DNA of 64,000 bases from Candidatus Levyibacteriota bacterium (GTDB lineage Bacteria > Patescibacteriota > Microgenomatia > Levybacterales > UBA12049), in assembly GCA_043823085.1 (NCBI GenBank), contig JBDRBE010000004.1, positions 69,510-133,509 on the forward strand, given 5' to 3'. The position numbers were made by a program, and so were the translations under genes. This document shows, one piece after another, positions 1 through 9,479 of this stretch (position 1 is its first letter; every line of letters begins with the position of its first letter). The notes under the pieces are model-generated. The model saw only the letters and a program-made list of their open reading frames with translations. It searched no databases and was not told the origin of the DNA.

Positions 1-1
1 A

Positions 2-874
2 AATGGTGTAAAAAAAGATGCAGATCCACAAAAAGTATTAAAGTCTATTCAGAATGGTTATACAGTTTTAGCGGCAGGAGATATTGGAGATTGTTGGAGT
101 AAAAACACCGCAGCTACAGAGACAGCAAAATTATTAGGTAAATTCCCTGGAATTCCCATATTAACACTTGGGGACAACAGTAATATTGATGGTACAAAAG
201 AAGATTATGAAACATGTTTTGATCCGACTTGGGGAAGATATAAAGATAGGATTTTTCCAAGCGTAGGAAATCACGATTACCATGCAAAAGGTGCGGTTCC
301 TTATTATGAATACTTTGGTGAAAAGGCAGGCGAGCCTGGTAAAGGATATTACAGTTTTAATTTGGGGAATTGGCATCTAATAGCCGTCAATACAGATATT
401 ATTGCAGATCCTTGTTCTGCAACTAGTGATATATGCAAAGGTTTTTTGGAAGAGATGGATTGGCTTAAGAAGGATTTGGAGCAGAATAAAACCGATTGCA
501 CTCTTATTTTCGGACATTATCCAAGATTCAGTTCAGGAATAACTAGCGCTACGATAGGAGTTGACCCTTTATGGAAGCTGGCATATTCCGAAAATGTTGA
601 CTTAATACTTAACGGACATGCTCATGACTATGAACGTTTCGCTCCGCAAGATCCGCAGGGAAACTTAGATTTAAAACGAGGAATTAGAGAGATCGTAGTT
701 GGAACCGGGGGAGCGGATTTAACAGGGTATGGGGATATTGCTAAAAATACCGAAATTATCACTAACCGCGTGCATGGAATTTTAAAATTAATTCTTGGAA
801 AAGGAGAATATGGATGGGAGTTTATATCAGTAGATGGAAGTTTTGTTGATAAAGGACAATCCTCGTGTCATTAG
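2..874 (+). CDS. Calcineurin-like metallophosphoesterase (5' partial; frame is open from the window start)
   Basis: Translation from nt 2 gives VLAAGDIGD...GDNSN...SVGNHDY...GHAHDYERF, the metallophosphoesterase motif set. The listed ORF 362..874 is only its TTG-delimited tail. Confidence 0.7.
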   Translation, partial: NGVKKDADPQKVLKSIQNGYTVLAAGDIGDCWSKNTAATETAKLLGKFPGIPILTLGDNSNIDGTKEDYETCFDPTWGRYKDRIFPSVGNHDYHAKGAVPYYEYFGEKAGEPGKGYYSFNLGNWHLIAVNTDIIADPCSATSDICKGFLEEMDWLKKDLEQNKTDCTLIFGHYPRFSSGITSATIGVDPLWKLAYSENVDLILNGHAHDYERFAPQDPQGNLDLKRGIREIVVGTGGADLTGYGDIAKNTEIITNRVHGILKLILGKGEYGWEFISVDGSFVDKGQSSCH

Positions 875-933
875 TGGACTTGAGGTTGATGAGTCTCTTG
901 TTTTTTTAATACGTTAATAGTAAAATAACTTTC

Positions 934-2175
934 ATGGCTAACTATAAGAATCTTGCAAAGTGCAGAGTCTGTCATTCAATTAATATTATTCCGGTTGTTA
1001 GAATAAAACCTCAATATATAGCTTCAACATTCGTAAAGACAAATATTAATAATCCTAAAGCAAAAATAAAAATTCCAATGACTTTAATGCTTTGCAAAAA
1101 ATGTGGTCTTGCGCAATTAAAAGAAACAGTTAACCCTGATTTATTATATACAAGTTATTTTTACCGTTCCAATATAAGCAATACTATGAATCGAGATTTG
1201 CGAGATGTTGTGGCAGATGTAATCAGTCGGGTAAAACTTAAAGATAACGATAGAGTATTGGATATTGGATGCAATGATGGACTAATGCTTACATTTTATC
1301 CTGATAATTTGGAAAGAATTGGTATCGATCCTGCTAAAAACATCGATTGGAGTTGGTTGCCAAAAACAATCAAAATTGTTAATGATTATTTTCCAAGTCC
1401 ACAACTTGAAGGAAAGAAATTTAAAATAATTTCCTCAACTGCGATGTTCTACGATTTAGATACACCAAACAAATCAGCACAACAACTTAAAAAATTGCTG
1501 GATAAAGATGGAGTAGTATGCATTCAAGTGAGTTATCTTTACGATACTATTCGCGATATGAACTTTTACGATATTTGCCACGAACATCTTGAATATTATT
1601 CATTAAAAACTCTGTCATATCTTTTGGAAAAGAATGGTTTATCAGTTTTTGATGCTTCGACAAATGCGGTAAACGGCGGGAGTCTTAGAGTTTTAGCAGC
1701 ACACAAAGAAGCAAAAAGAAAGAAATCAGACAATCTTAAATTTTTACAGCTTAGAGAAAAAGTTCTTCAATTAGAAAACCCCGAAACTTATGATACGTTT
1801 TCAAAACTTATTAAATTAAGCGGTCAAAAGGTAAAAAACTATATAGAGCAGCAAAAAGGACTAGTGATTGGGCTAGGAGCATCTACGAAGGGGAATGTTC
1901 TTCTTCAAATATGCGGAATTACTAAAAAGCTTTTGCCTTATATTAGCGAAAGAAACCCAATTAAATTTGGTATGAGAACTTTAGGAACGGATATAGAGTT
2001 AATTCCCGAAGATGAGGCAAGAAAGAAAAAACCAGACTCCATATTTGTGATTCCCTGGAATTTTAAGAATGAAATAATTGACAGAGAAAAAGAATATTTG
2101 CAACAAGGAGGAAAACTATTATTTATTATGCCGTATCCTTATGTTTTAGATAAAAACGGAGAGACGAAGCTTTAA
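934..2175 (+). CDS. Sugar C-methyltransferase (TcaB9-like: N-terminal Cys4 zinc ribbon, class I SAM-MTase, C-terminal C-MTase domain)
   Basis: CRVCHS...CKKCGLAQL zinc ribbon, VLDIGCNDG SAM motif, and C-terminal region typical of nucleotide-sugar C-methyltransferases. Paralogous to 9332..10541. Confidence 0.65.
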   Translation: MANYKNLAKCRVCHSINIIPVVRIKPQYIASTFVKTNINNPKAKIKIPMTLMLCKKCGLAQLKETVNPDLLYTSYFYRSNISNTMNRDLRDVVADVISRVKLKDNDRVLDIGCNDGLMLTFYPDNLERIGIDPAKNIDWSWLPKTIKIVNDYFPSPQLEGKKFKIISSTAMFYDLDTPNKSAQQLKKLLDKDGVVCIQVSYLYDTIRDMNFYDICHEHLEYYSLKTLSYLLEKNGLSVFDASTNAVNGGSLRVLAAHKEAKRKKSDNLKFLQLREKVLQLENPETYDTFSKLIKLSGQKVKNYIEQQKGLVIGLGASTKGNVLLQICGITKKLLPYISERNPIKFGMRTLGTDIELIPEDEARKKKPDSIFVIPWNFKNEIIDREKEYLQQGGKLLFIMPYPYVLDKNGETKL

Positions 2176-2187
2176 AATTCCTCTGCA

Positions 2188-3303
2188 ATGAAAAAATTTC
2201 GCTACAAAAATATCCTCTTATATACAAGTTATCAATGGTGTGGAAATATGGAAGAATATTTCGTCAAAAATACAGAAAAGCTTGCCGCATTTTTACTTAT
2301 GCCGCGTATACAAACGAAAGAAAATATTCTTCGTATTTATGAGAAGGGAAAATTGGTAAAAGTACAACAGACACCGTTATCAGAAAACTTCTTTCTTTAT
2401 TATTTTCTTTGGTATTTCCATTATATTATTGCTATTTTTACGCATTTTCCAAGGAATGAAAAACTTATCGTAATTTCCGCCCATCCATACGTATTTTTTG
2501 CAACAACTTTACAAAAAATTTTTCGAGGCATTGACTTCGTGTACTATATAGCCGATTACTATCCACCAATTAATTTAACAATGAAGCTTTATGAGCGTCT
2601 TAAAAAATTCTATCATAAAGGAATAAAGTATAAGATCTATCTCGGAGACGGAGTAAATAAAATTATGAACGGAAAGGTCTTAAATACAAAAACAATCAAA
2701 ACAATTATGTTAGGGGTTAAACCAAAACATATCGTGAGAGACTTTAAAAAAACAAATCACACCATTCTTTTTGTAGGAGTTGTAAGGCCAAACGTAGGGT
2801 TGGAAATAGTATATGAATTTCTTTCGGAAAACCCACAATATGACCTTAAAATAATTGGCATTTGTGATAAGCAGCTGTATCAAAAACATCAGAAAATAAT
2901 CAATGAATATAGAATTGCCGACAGGGTATACTTTCCAAATAGGTTCTTTTTTGATAACGAGCTCAATGTGATCTCAAAAGAGTGTTTTATTGGGGTAGCA
3001 CTGTACACTATAGATAATACCAGTACAATTTATTATGCAGATCCAGGGAAAGTAAAAACATATACAGAGATGGGGTTGCCCGTAATTATGACAAAAACAT
3101 CAAGCATAGCGGCATATATTAAAGAATACAAGGCGGGTAAGCTGATCGATAGAAATCCGCAATCACTTGCTAAAGGGATAGAAGAGATTGCAAAAAACTA
3201 TAATACATATGTTGCCGGAGTGGATAAGTTGAATAAACATTTTAATTACGAAACTTACTATGAAGAGAAATTTAAGTTTTTAGAAGAAGCTTTTAACCAA
3301 TGA
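2188..3303 (+). CDS. Putative glycosyltransferase (GT-B fold, GT1/GT4-like)
   Basis: 371 aa. The C-terminal half resembles a GT-B nucleotide-sugar binding domain (..TEMGLPVIMTK..). Sits in a glycan cluster. Confidence 0.4.
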   Translation: MKKFRYKNILLYTSYQWCGNMEEYFVKNTEKLAAFLLMPRIQTKENILRIYEKGKLVKVQQTPLSENFFLYYFLWYFHYIIAIFTHFPRNEKLIVISAHPYVFFATTLQKIFRGIDFVYYIADYYPPINLTMKLYERLKKFYHKGIKYKIYLGDGVNKIMNGKVLNTKTIKTIMLGVKPKHIVRDFKKTNHTILFVGVVRPNVGLEIVYEFLSENPQYDLKIIGICDKQLYQKHQKIINEYRIADRVYFPNRFFFDNELNVISKECFIGVALYTIDNTSTIYYADPGKVKTYTEMGLPVIMTKTSSIAAYIKEYKAGKLIDRNPQSLAKGIEEIAKNYNTYVAGVDKLNKHFNYETYYEEKFKFLEEAFNQ

Positions 3304-4289
3304 AAAAGAGTAAAAAAATTAATGCTCCTCCTGTAAGCGTCATTATTCCAATGCGAAATTCTTCAACCACAGTGCTTGAAACATTAAAAAGTATTGTAAG
3401 ACAGAATTATCCGATAAGAGAAATTATTATTGTTGATAATGTTTCAAAAGACAACTCGCGGGAAATTGTTAGGGTATTTGCAAAGAAAAGTCCAATTAGA
3501 ATGCGTTTACTTTTGCAAAAAAAAGATAAGGGAGTGAGCTCTTCGTATAATTGGGGATTAAGAGAAGCAAAGACTCAATTAGTTGTTTTTTTAACATCAG
3601 ACTGTACATTGCCAACACAGGATGAATTGGAAAAATTAGTAAAACCCCTCATAAAAGATCCTTTGGCAGTTGCTTCTTATTCAACGTGTACGCTTCCCCG
3701 GTTTGTATGGGATACCTACAACTTTTGGGAAAAGTTTTTTTCAGCCAGAATGGTTGACAATATTTCTTCAGGGATGGTATTAAAGTTTGACTGTGTTAAA
3801 AAATTATCATTTTTATCCATTGGCGGCTTTGATGAAATAAATTTCGGTGGAGATAGCGCAATTGGAGGAGAAGATGCAGATCTTTCTACAAGACTACGAA
3901 AAATAGGAAAGATCGTTCGGAGCAAAGCACACTCTTTCCATCTTCATTACAAAGGACTTGACTATAATTTATTCAATATGGCAAGGAGTAGAAAGATGTA
4001 TGCTCGTTCGCAGGGTAGATTTTTACGAAAATGGGGATTAAGTATTAAAGATGCGTGTTTTGCTTTTTTACCGCGGCCGCTTATAGCAATATCTGGAATT
4101 TTTATAGTCGGACTGCCAATGCTTGTTCTGTATTCTTTTTTATATACTCCCAGAATGTTTACTACACGCGAAACCCTTTTAAACCCCCGAATTATAACAA
4201 TCCCATTTCTCAATATCGCTTTTCTTTACTATGAACTATATTGGCTGATAAGAGCATTCCTTTCTTATAAGAAAAAAGCTATAATATAA
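3300..4289 (+). CDS. Family 2 glycosyltransferase (GT-A) with C-terminal TM segments
   Basis: VSVIIPMRNS...IIVDNVSKDNS and the GGEDADLS acidic motif. Start overlaps the upstream stop (ATGA). Confidence 0.7.
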   Translation: MKKSKKINAPPVSVIIPMRNSSTTVLETLKSIVRQNYPIREIIIVDNVSKDNSREIVRVFAKKSPIRMRLLLQKKDKGVSSSYNWGLREAKTQLVVFLTSDCTLPTQDELEKLVKPLIKDPLAVASYSTCTLPRFVWDTYNFWEKFFSARMVDNISSGMVLKFDCVKKLSFLSIGGFDEINFGGDSAIGGEDADLSTRLRKIGKIVRSKAHSFHLHYKGLDYNLFNMARSRKMYARSQGRFLRKWGLSIKDACFAFLPRPLIAISGIFIVGLPMLVLYSFLYTPRMFTTRETLLNPRIITIPFLNIAFLYYELYWLIRAFLSYKKKAII

Positions 4290-4291
4290 AC

Positions 4292-5068
4292 ATGAAAACA
4301 ATTATATTGTGCGGGGGAACAGGTTATCGGTTGAAAGAAGAAACCGAATTTAAGCCAAAACCAATGGTTTATGTTGGTAATCATCCAATTCTTTGGCACA
4401 TAATGAAGACGTATGCCCATTATGGTTACAATGAGTTTATTTTAGCACTAGGGTATAAAGCAGATTATATTAAAGATTTTTTTCTTAATCAAAAGGCATT
4501 CTCGTCAGATTTTTCTTTAGATACGAAAGATCACAAAGTCAAATATTTCCTTGAAAATAGAAGTGAAATAGACAATTTTAAAATTACCTTTGTCGATACC
4601 GGTCTGGGGACTCAAGTCGGAGAAAGAATTCTTAAATGTAAAAAATATATCCCCGAAAACGATTCTTATTTTATGGTAACTTATGGCGATGGGGTAAGTA
4701 ATATCAATATAGAAAAATTAGTAGATTTTCATAAAAAGCAGAAGACAATAGGTACAATTACTGGAATTCATCCGCATTCAAGGTTTGGGTCAATTATTGC
4801 AGATAATAACAATTTAATACGTGAATTTTCCGAAAAACCGGTTATGAACGATTGGATAAATGGAGGATACATGGTATTTAATAAGAACTTTTTTCAATAT
4901 CTTAAAGAAGGTGAAATGGAGCATCCGGGACTTACAAGACTTACTAAAAAAAAGCAGCTTTCCGTATTTAAGCATGAAGGTTTTTGGTATTCGGTAGATA
5001 CCAATAAAGAACTTGAAGAGTTAAATAAGATGTGGAATCAAGGAAACCCACTCTGGAAAATATGGTAG
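4292..5068 (+). CDS. rfbF: Glucose-1-phosphate cytidylyltransferase
   Basis: MKTIILCGGTGYRLKEETEFKPKPMVYVGNHPILWHIMKTYAHYGYNEFILALGYK is near-canonical RfbF/DdhA N-terminus. 258 aa is the typical length. Confidence 0.85.
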   Translation: MKTIILCGGTGYRLKEETEFKPKPMVYVGNHPILWHIMKTYAHYGYNEFILALGYKADYIKDFFLNQKAFSSDFSLDTKDHKVKYFLENRSEIDNFKITFVDTGLGTQVGERILKCKKYIPENDSYFMVTYGDGVSNINIEKLVDFHKKQKTIGTITGIHPHSRFGSIIADNNNLIREFSEKPVMNDWINGGYMVFNKNFFQYLKEGEMEHPGLTRLTKKKQLSVFKHEGFWYSVDTNKELEELNKMWNQGNPLWKIW

Positions 5069-6201
5069 ATAATAAAAAAAGCGGTGTAGAAAATAAAGAT
5101 ATTGAATACATCCATGAAAAAGCAAAACAGGAATTTGAAAAACTTTCAGGCAGTAAACTGCTTTTGACGGGCGCTGGTGGTTTCTTAGGATATTACTTTA
5201 TTAAGTCAATTCTTGCATGGAATAAAAATAATCCTGATAAATTAATACAGCTTATAGCCTTAAGTAATTTTAGAAACGGTATTCCGCAATGGCTTGATTC
5301 TTTAAAAGGATGGGAAGATTTTAAAATCATTCAAAAAAATATTGTAAAATACTCACTTCCTAAAAGTTCAACGTTTGATTATATTATCCATGCTGCATCA
5401 ATAGCTTCTCCAACTTTTTACCGTTTATTCCCAATTGAAACAATTAATGCAAATGTGCAAGGTTTATATAAAATATTAGACTACATGGTTTTAAGAAAAA
5501 AAACCAGGCAGCCGGTAAAGGGTTTGTTATTTTTTTCTTCAAGCGAAATATACGGAGATCCAAGCGAGGGAGATATTCCAACTCCAGAAACCTATCGCGG
5601 TACTGTTTCATGTACAGGGCCAAGAGCTTGTTATGACGAGTCAAAAAGATTTTGTGAGACGCTATGCGTGAACTATGTAAAAGTTCACAGCCTTCCTATA
5701 AAAGTTGCGCGTCCATTCAATAATTATGGACCTGGAATGAAGATTACAGATGGGAGAGTGATTGCTGATTTTGCAAAAAATATTTTGGAAAATAAAGATA
5801 TTGTTATGTTTTCCGATGGTAGTCCATCAAGAACTTTTTGTTACGTTGCCGATGCAATTGTCGGTTACTTAAAAATTCTCGTACAGGGAAAAAATGGCCA
5901 AGCATATAATATTGGAGTTAAAAAACCGGAAGTATCAATGAAAACTTTAGCCGAAAAAATGGTAAAAATAGGAAGAGAAGATTTCAAATTTACGAAAAAA
6001 ATAATTCTTCAAAAAAGTAAGGACAAGAATTATCTGACAGATAATCCCAATCGCCGTTGTCCGGTAATTGATAAGGCAAGAAAAGAAATAGGATATGACC
6101 CGGAAATTTCTCTTGATGATGGCTTGCAAAGAGTTATGCATTGGTATCATGAGAGATATTTTAAAAATCAAAAATCAAAAATCAAAAATCAAAAGCAATG
6201 A
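5062..6201 (+). CDS. NAD-dependent SDR epimerase/dehydratase, UDP-glucuronate decarboxylase-like (UXS/ArnA-C-like)
   Basis: LLTGAGGFLGYY Rossmann motif and CYDESKRF (YxxxK catalytic region resembling UXS CYDEGKR). Start chosen at the second Met; the ORF track starts at 5032. The 3' end carries (AAAAATC)4 and overlaps the ugd start. Confidence 0.6.
   Translation: MVDNKKSGVENKDIEYIHEKAKQEFEKLSGSKLLLTGAGGFLGYYFIKSILAWNKNNPDKLIQLIALSNFRNGIPQWLDSLKGWEDFKIIQKNIVKYSLPKSSTFDYIIHAASIASPTFYRLFPIETINANVQGLYKILDYMVLRKKTRQPVKGLLFFSSSEIYGDPSEGDIPTPETYRGTVSCTGPRACYDESKRFCETLCVNYVKVHSLPIKVARPFNNYGPGMKITDGRVIADFAKNILENKDIVMFSDGSPSRTFCYVADAIVGYLKILVQGKNGQAYNIGVKKPEVSMKTLAEKMVKIGREDFKFTKKIILQKSKDKNYLTDNPNRRCPVIDKARKEIGYDPEISLDDGLQRVMHWYHERYFKNQKSKIKNQKQ
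6163..6190 (+). repeat. Tandem heptamer (AAAAATC)x4 at the 3' end of the SDR gene and the SDR/ugd junction
   Basis: Four perfect 7-nt copies read directly from the sequence. They encode the KNQKSKIKNQK tail. Confidence 0.9.
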
Positions 6202-7553
6202 AAATAGCTGTTATTGGTACAGGTTATGTGGGTTTGGTAACTGGAGTTTCGATGAGCTTACTAGGCCATAAGGTGTTTTGTGTTGGAAGAGACAAGGGAA
6301 AAATAAAAAAGATCAATAACGGTTTTACCCCTTTTTATGAACCGGGACTAGATGAGCTTTTAAAAAAAACGCTATCTGGTAAATTGTTTGAGGCAACAGA
6401 TGATTTTAAAAAAGCACTTTTAAATGCCGAGGTAATTATTATTGCAGTCGGTACTCCAACTGTCGAAAATAAAATAGATCTTTCGGCAATTAAAGAAGTA
6501 TCAAGGCAAATCGGTAAAGAATTAAAAAACAGCAAAGAATACCAGATTGTAGTTGTTAAATCTACCGTTGTTCCAACAACAACCCAGAAGGTTGTTTTGC
6601 CCATTCTTGAAAAATATTCAGATAAAAAGATCGGAGAATTTGGTCTTTGTATGAGTCCTGAGTTTTTGCGGGAAGGAAATGCAGTCGAAGATGCAACAAA
6701 TCCCGATCGTATTGTGATAGGTCAGTTTGATAGAAAAAGTGGTAAACAATTTGCAAAGGTTTATACAAAAGTTTTATGTCCTAAAGTCTTCACTAATTTG
6801 GCAACTGCAGAAATGACAAAATATGCAGCCAATGCATTACTTGCAACACTGATTAGTTATTCAAATGAAATTGCTCGGATAGCACAAGAGACCGAAGGAG
6901 TAGATGTTATTGATGTTTGGAAAGGTGTTCATCTTGATTCAAGACTAACTCCAAGAATTAATAATAAAATTGTTATACCCGGCATTATCAATTATATACT
7001 TTCGGGCTGCGGATATGGAGGAAGTTGTTTTCCAAAAGATACAAAAGCATTGGCGGCATATGCAAAAGGAATTGGCGTCAAAGCAGAACTTATTAATAGT
7101 GTTATAAATATTAACCAGACTCAACCGTCCCGGATGGTTTTTCTTTTAAAACAAGCCTTAGGAAATTTAAAGAATAAAAAAATTGCTGTTTTAGGATTAA
7201 CGTTTAAACCAAATACAGACGATCTTCGCGAGTCGCCATCAATTTTTGTTATAAAAGAGCTTTTCAAAGAGGGAGCGGAAGTTGTTTGTCAAGATCCTGT
7301 CATTGATAACCCTAATAAATTAGAATTAGGAGATTTTAAAGTAACGCTTGCAAAGTCGGCGGATGAGGCATTGAAAAATGCGGACGGTGCGTTAATAATG
7401 ACTGCATGGAATGAATATAAAAAACTTAACCCATCAGTTTTTAAAAACCTTATGAAAACCCCAGTTGTTATTGATGGAAGACGTATATTTTCTCCTGATA
7501 GCTTTCTCCAAGCAGGAATTTTATATAAAGGAATAGGATATTGCGGGAATTAA
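6198..7553 (+). CDS. ugd: Nucleotide-sugar dehydrogenase (UDP-glucose 6-dehydrogenase family)
   Basis: MKIAVIGTGYVGLVTG N-terminus and GYGGSCFPKD catalytic Cys motif. 451 aa. Confidence 0.8.
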   Translation: MKIAVIGTGYVGLVTGVSMSLLGHKVFCVGRDKGKIKKINNGFTPFYEPGLDELLKKTLSGKLFEATDDFKKALLNAEVIIIAVGTPTVENKIDLSAIKEVSRQIGKELKNSKEYQIVVVKSTVVPTTTQKVVLPILEKYSDKKIGEFGLCMSPEFLREGNAVEDATNPDRIVIGQFDRKSGKQFAKVYTKVLCPKVFTNLATAEMTKYAANALLATLISYSNEIARIAQETEGVDVIDVWKGVHLDSRLTPRINNKIVIPGIINYILSGCGYGGSCFPKDTKALAAYAKGIGVKAELINSVININQTQPSRMVFLLKQALGNLKNKKIAVLGLTFKPNTDDLRESPSIFVIKELFKEGAEVVCQDPVIDNPNKLELGDFKVTLAKSADEALKNADGALIMTAWNEYKKLNPSVFKNLMKTPVVIDGRRIFSPDSFLQAGILYKGIGYCGN

Positions 7554-7565
7554 TTTATTAATTTT

Positions 7566-8420
7566 ATGAAATTGCTGGATTTAACTATTTCTGCTTTAAA
7601 AAATGCCTATGAGGTTCATGAAAAATTAGGCAAAAACGGTTTAGAAAAACTAAAAAAAAATAGATTTGGAGAAACGGCTTTGAGAGGTGATTTCCAGGCA
7701 GAGGAGGCAGTTCTAAACGTTTTGAGAGTAAAGAAGGTACCAATTAGAGTAATATCGGAAGAGCATGGTGTAGTTGATATCGTTAAAAATCCTGTTTTAC
7801 TTGGTATTCTTGATGGGCTAGATGGTTCAAATAGATATGAAGCCTATTGGAAAGGCGATAAAAATGCACGTTACGGAACAATGTTTGCGATATTTGACAG
7901 TATTAACCCGCGTTACGAGGATTATTTAACAAGCGGCATAATGGAACATCCAACAAAGAGATTATTTATTGCCGCTAAAGGAAGAGGAGCTTTTTTAGTT
8001 AGTTTAACTAATAGTGCTAAATCTGGAATTGAAGTTTCGAAAGAAACAGATTTTAGCAATAAGACAAAGGTTGAAATAGACGCTTATGAAAAAGCGGCGC
8101 ATTTTCCTTTTATAAAAAGAGTATTTATTGAGAGATTACCTAAAGGAATAAATTTTAAATGTTTATTGTCAACGGCTGTCCATTATGCTGATTTGGCATC
8201 CGGCGCGGCAGATATTGTTTTAGAATGTACATATAAAGGAAATTTGGAGAGCGCAGTTGCCTACGGGTTGGTTACCGAAGCAGGAGGTGTAATGGTAGAT
8301 ATTAATGGGGAAAGTTTTTCTAAGAAACGTTATTTAGAATTCGGACAGAAAGAACATGTCCCAATTATAACTGCAGCAACGAAAGAACTGGCAGACAGTT
8401 TTATTAAAACTATTAGCTAA
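7566..8420 (+). CDS. Inositol monophosphatase-family phosphatase (sugar-phosphate phosphatase?)
   Basis: VISEEHG, ILDGLDGSNRY (DPxDG-like) and a C-terminal EAGG motif, which is the IMPase/CysQ motif set. Confidence 0.5.
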   Translation: MKLLDLTISALKNAYEVHEKLGKNGLEKLKKNRFGETALRGDFQAEEAVLNVLRVKKVPIRVISEEHGVVDIVKNPVLLGILDGLDGSNRYEAYWKGDKNARYGTMFAIFDSINPRYEDYLTSGIMEHPTKRLFIAAKGRGAFLVSLTNSAKSGIEVSKETDFSNKTKVEIDAYEKAAHFPFIKRVFIERLPKGINFKCLLSTAVHYADLASGAADIVLECTYKGNLESAVAYGLVTEAGGVMVDINGESFSKKRYLEFGQKEHVPIITAATKELADSFIKTIS

Positions 8421-8428
8421 TATTTACC

Positions 8429-9316
8429 ATGACTGATTATCAAGAAGGAGCTAAAGCTTTTCAAAAAGAAGTATCAGGAGAGAGAACAAACAGTGTTTAT
8501 GCATATGCGATTGGAAGAAACCCGGAAATTAAAAATACTCCATCAGATAATTTCAAGGGAATTATTTCAAGCACATTAAAAATAATAGATACTCTTGAAG
8601 AATTTGGAGAAGAAACAGCGCATAATTTAACAATTCCGCGTGCAATTGCAGATGAAATTGGATTAATATGGGATTTTTCCGGACCGGGAACTTACGATAA
8701 ACCTTTTAAAGAGGATCGATACAAAGATCTTCCGTGGTCAAAATCGATGGATCAAAAGCGTTTAAGCCATACAGCTGTTTTGGAAAGAGCAATTGTTGAA
8801 TCGATAAAAGGAAATAGTTTTAGAGGATCGCTTGAAAATATCGTTGAAACGAAACACAGATTAAAAAAAGCCATAGGAGAAGTTGGGCCATATATATTAT
8901 ATAACGGTATACCAGAAGAAAATAGTGTAGTGAAGGATGTTCTTTCGCGTGAAGGAGTTGTAATTCCGGCGGATAAAGTAATTATTCCAAATTTTAAAAT
9001 TGATAATACACTTGATCAAGTAAAATCATTCGAATGGCCAAAACACGTTGAAAAGGGTAAGGCAATCGCTCTTGTTTCACATGCTCCTCATCTGGCTCGA
9101 ATAATTGGGCTTATAAATTATTTTAACCCTTTTTCAAAAGGAACAAAAATATACCTTTTTCCTTTACCGACTCCTCAAGAAGGAAGAGAAGAGTATGCGA
9201 AGATGGAAATTAGCGGACTTTTACATAATATGTTTGACTTAGAAAAATCAAACTTAATGCCTGCATACGAATATATGATTGGTGAAAAAAAATTGCAATT
9301 TTCCAAAGAACCGTAA
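8429..9316 (+). CDS. Hypothetical protein
   Basis: 295-aa ORF, co-directional and tightly spaced. No motif recognised. Confidence 0.45.
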   Translation: MTDYQEGAKAFQKEVSGERTNSVYAYAIGRNPEIKNTPSDNFKGIISSTLKIIDTLEEFGEETAHNLTIPRAIADEIGLIWDFSGPGTYDKPFKEDRYKDLPWSKSMDQKRLSHTAVLERAIVESIKGNSFRGSLENIVETKHRLKKAIGEVGPYILYNGIPEENSVVKDVLSREGVVIPADKVIIPNFKIDNTLDQVKSFEWPKHVEKGKAIALVSHAPHLARIIGLINYFNPFSKGTKIYLFPLPTPQEGREEYAKMEISGLLHNMFDLEKSNLMPAYEYMIGEKKLQFSKEP

Positions 9317-9331
9317 AAATATTTTTTTCTT

Positions 9332-9448
9332 ATGACAAAATGCAGAGTATGCAATACAATAATCCAAAAATTTTTTTCCTTAGGCAAGATGCCTTTTGTT
9401 AATGCTTTTTTGGAGAAGAGTGAAATAGAAGAAGAAAAAAAAAATTGA
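9332..9448 (+). CDS. N-terminal Cys4 zinc-ribbon fragment of a TcaB9-like C-methyltransferase, separated from its body by a frameshift at an A10 tract
   Basis: MTKCRVCNTIIQKFFSLGKMPFVNAFLEKSEIEEEKKN* aligns to the N-terminus of the 934 paralog. A stop follows immediately after the A10 run (9435-9444). Confidence 0.6.
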   Translation: MTKCRVCNTIIQKFFSLGKMPFVNAFLEKSEIEEEKKN

Positions 9449-9479
9449 TCTATCTATTGGTTTTTGCCCAAACTGCTAT

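Noticed and set aside
161-376. Minus-strand 71-aa ORF at the window start, and many similar 60-140-aa minus-strand ORFs nested inside larger plus-strand genes (for example 3716..3925, 5444..5644, 12391..12597, 13020..13430, 29541..29729, 43817..44020, 52549..52944, 57092..57481, 61588..61935)
   Set aside because: They lie antisense or out of frame within long, motif-supported genes. An AT-rich genome gives long spurious open frames, and none carries a recognisable motif.
362-874. TTG-initiated 170-aa ORF as a complete gene (similarly the TTG starts at 9480, 33079, 53807)
   Set aside because: These are ORF-finder start artefacts. Homology continues upstream (362, 9480), or a better ATG start lies shortly downstream (33148, 53834).
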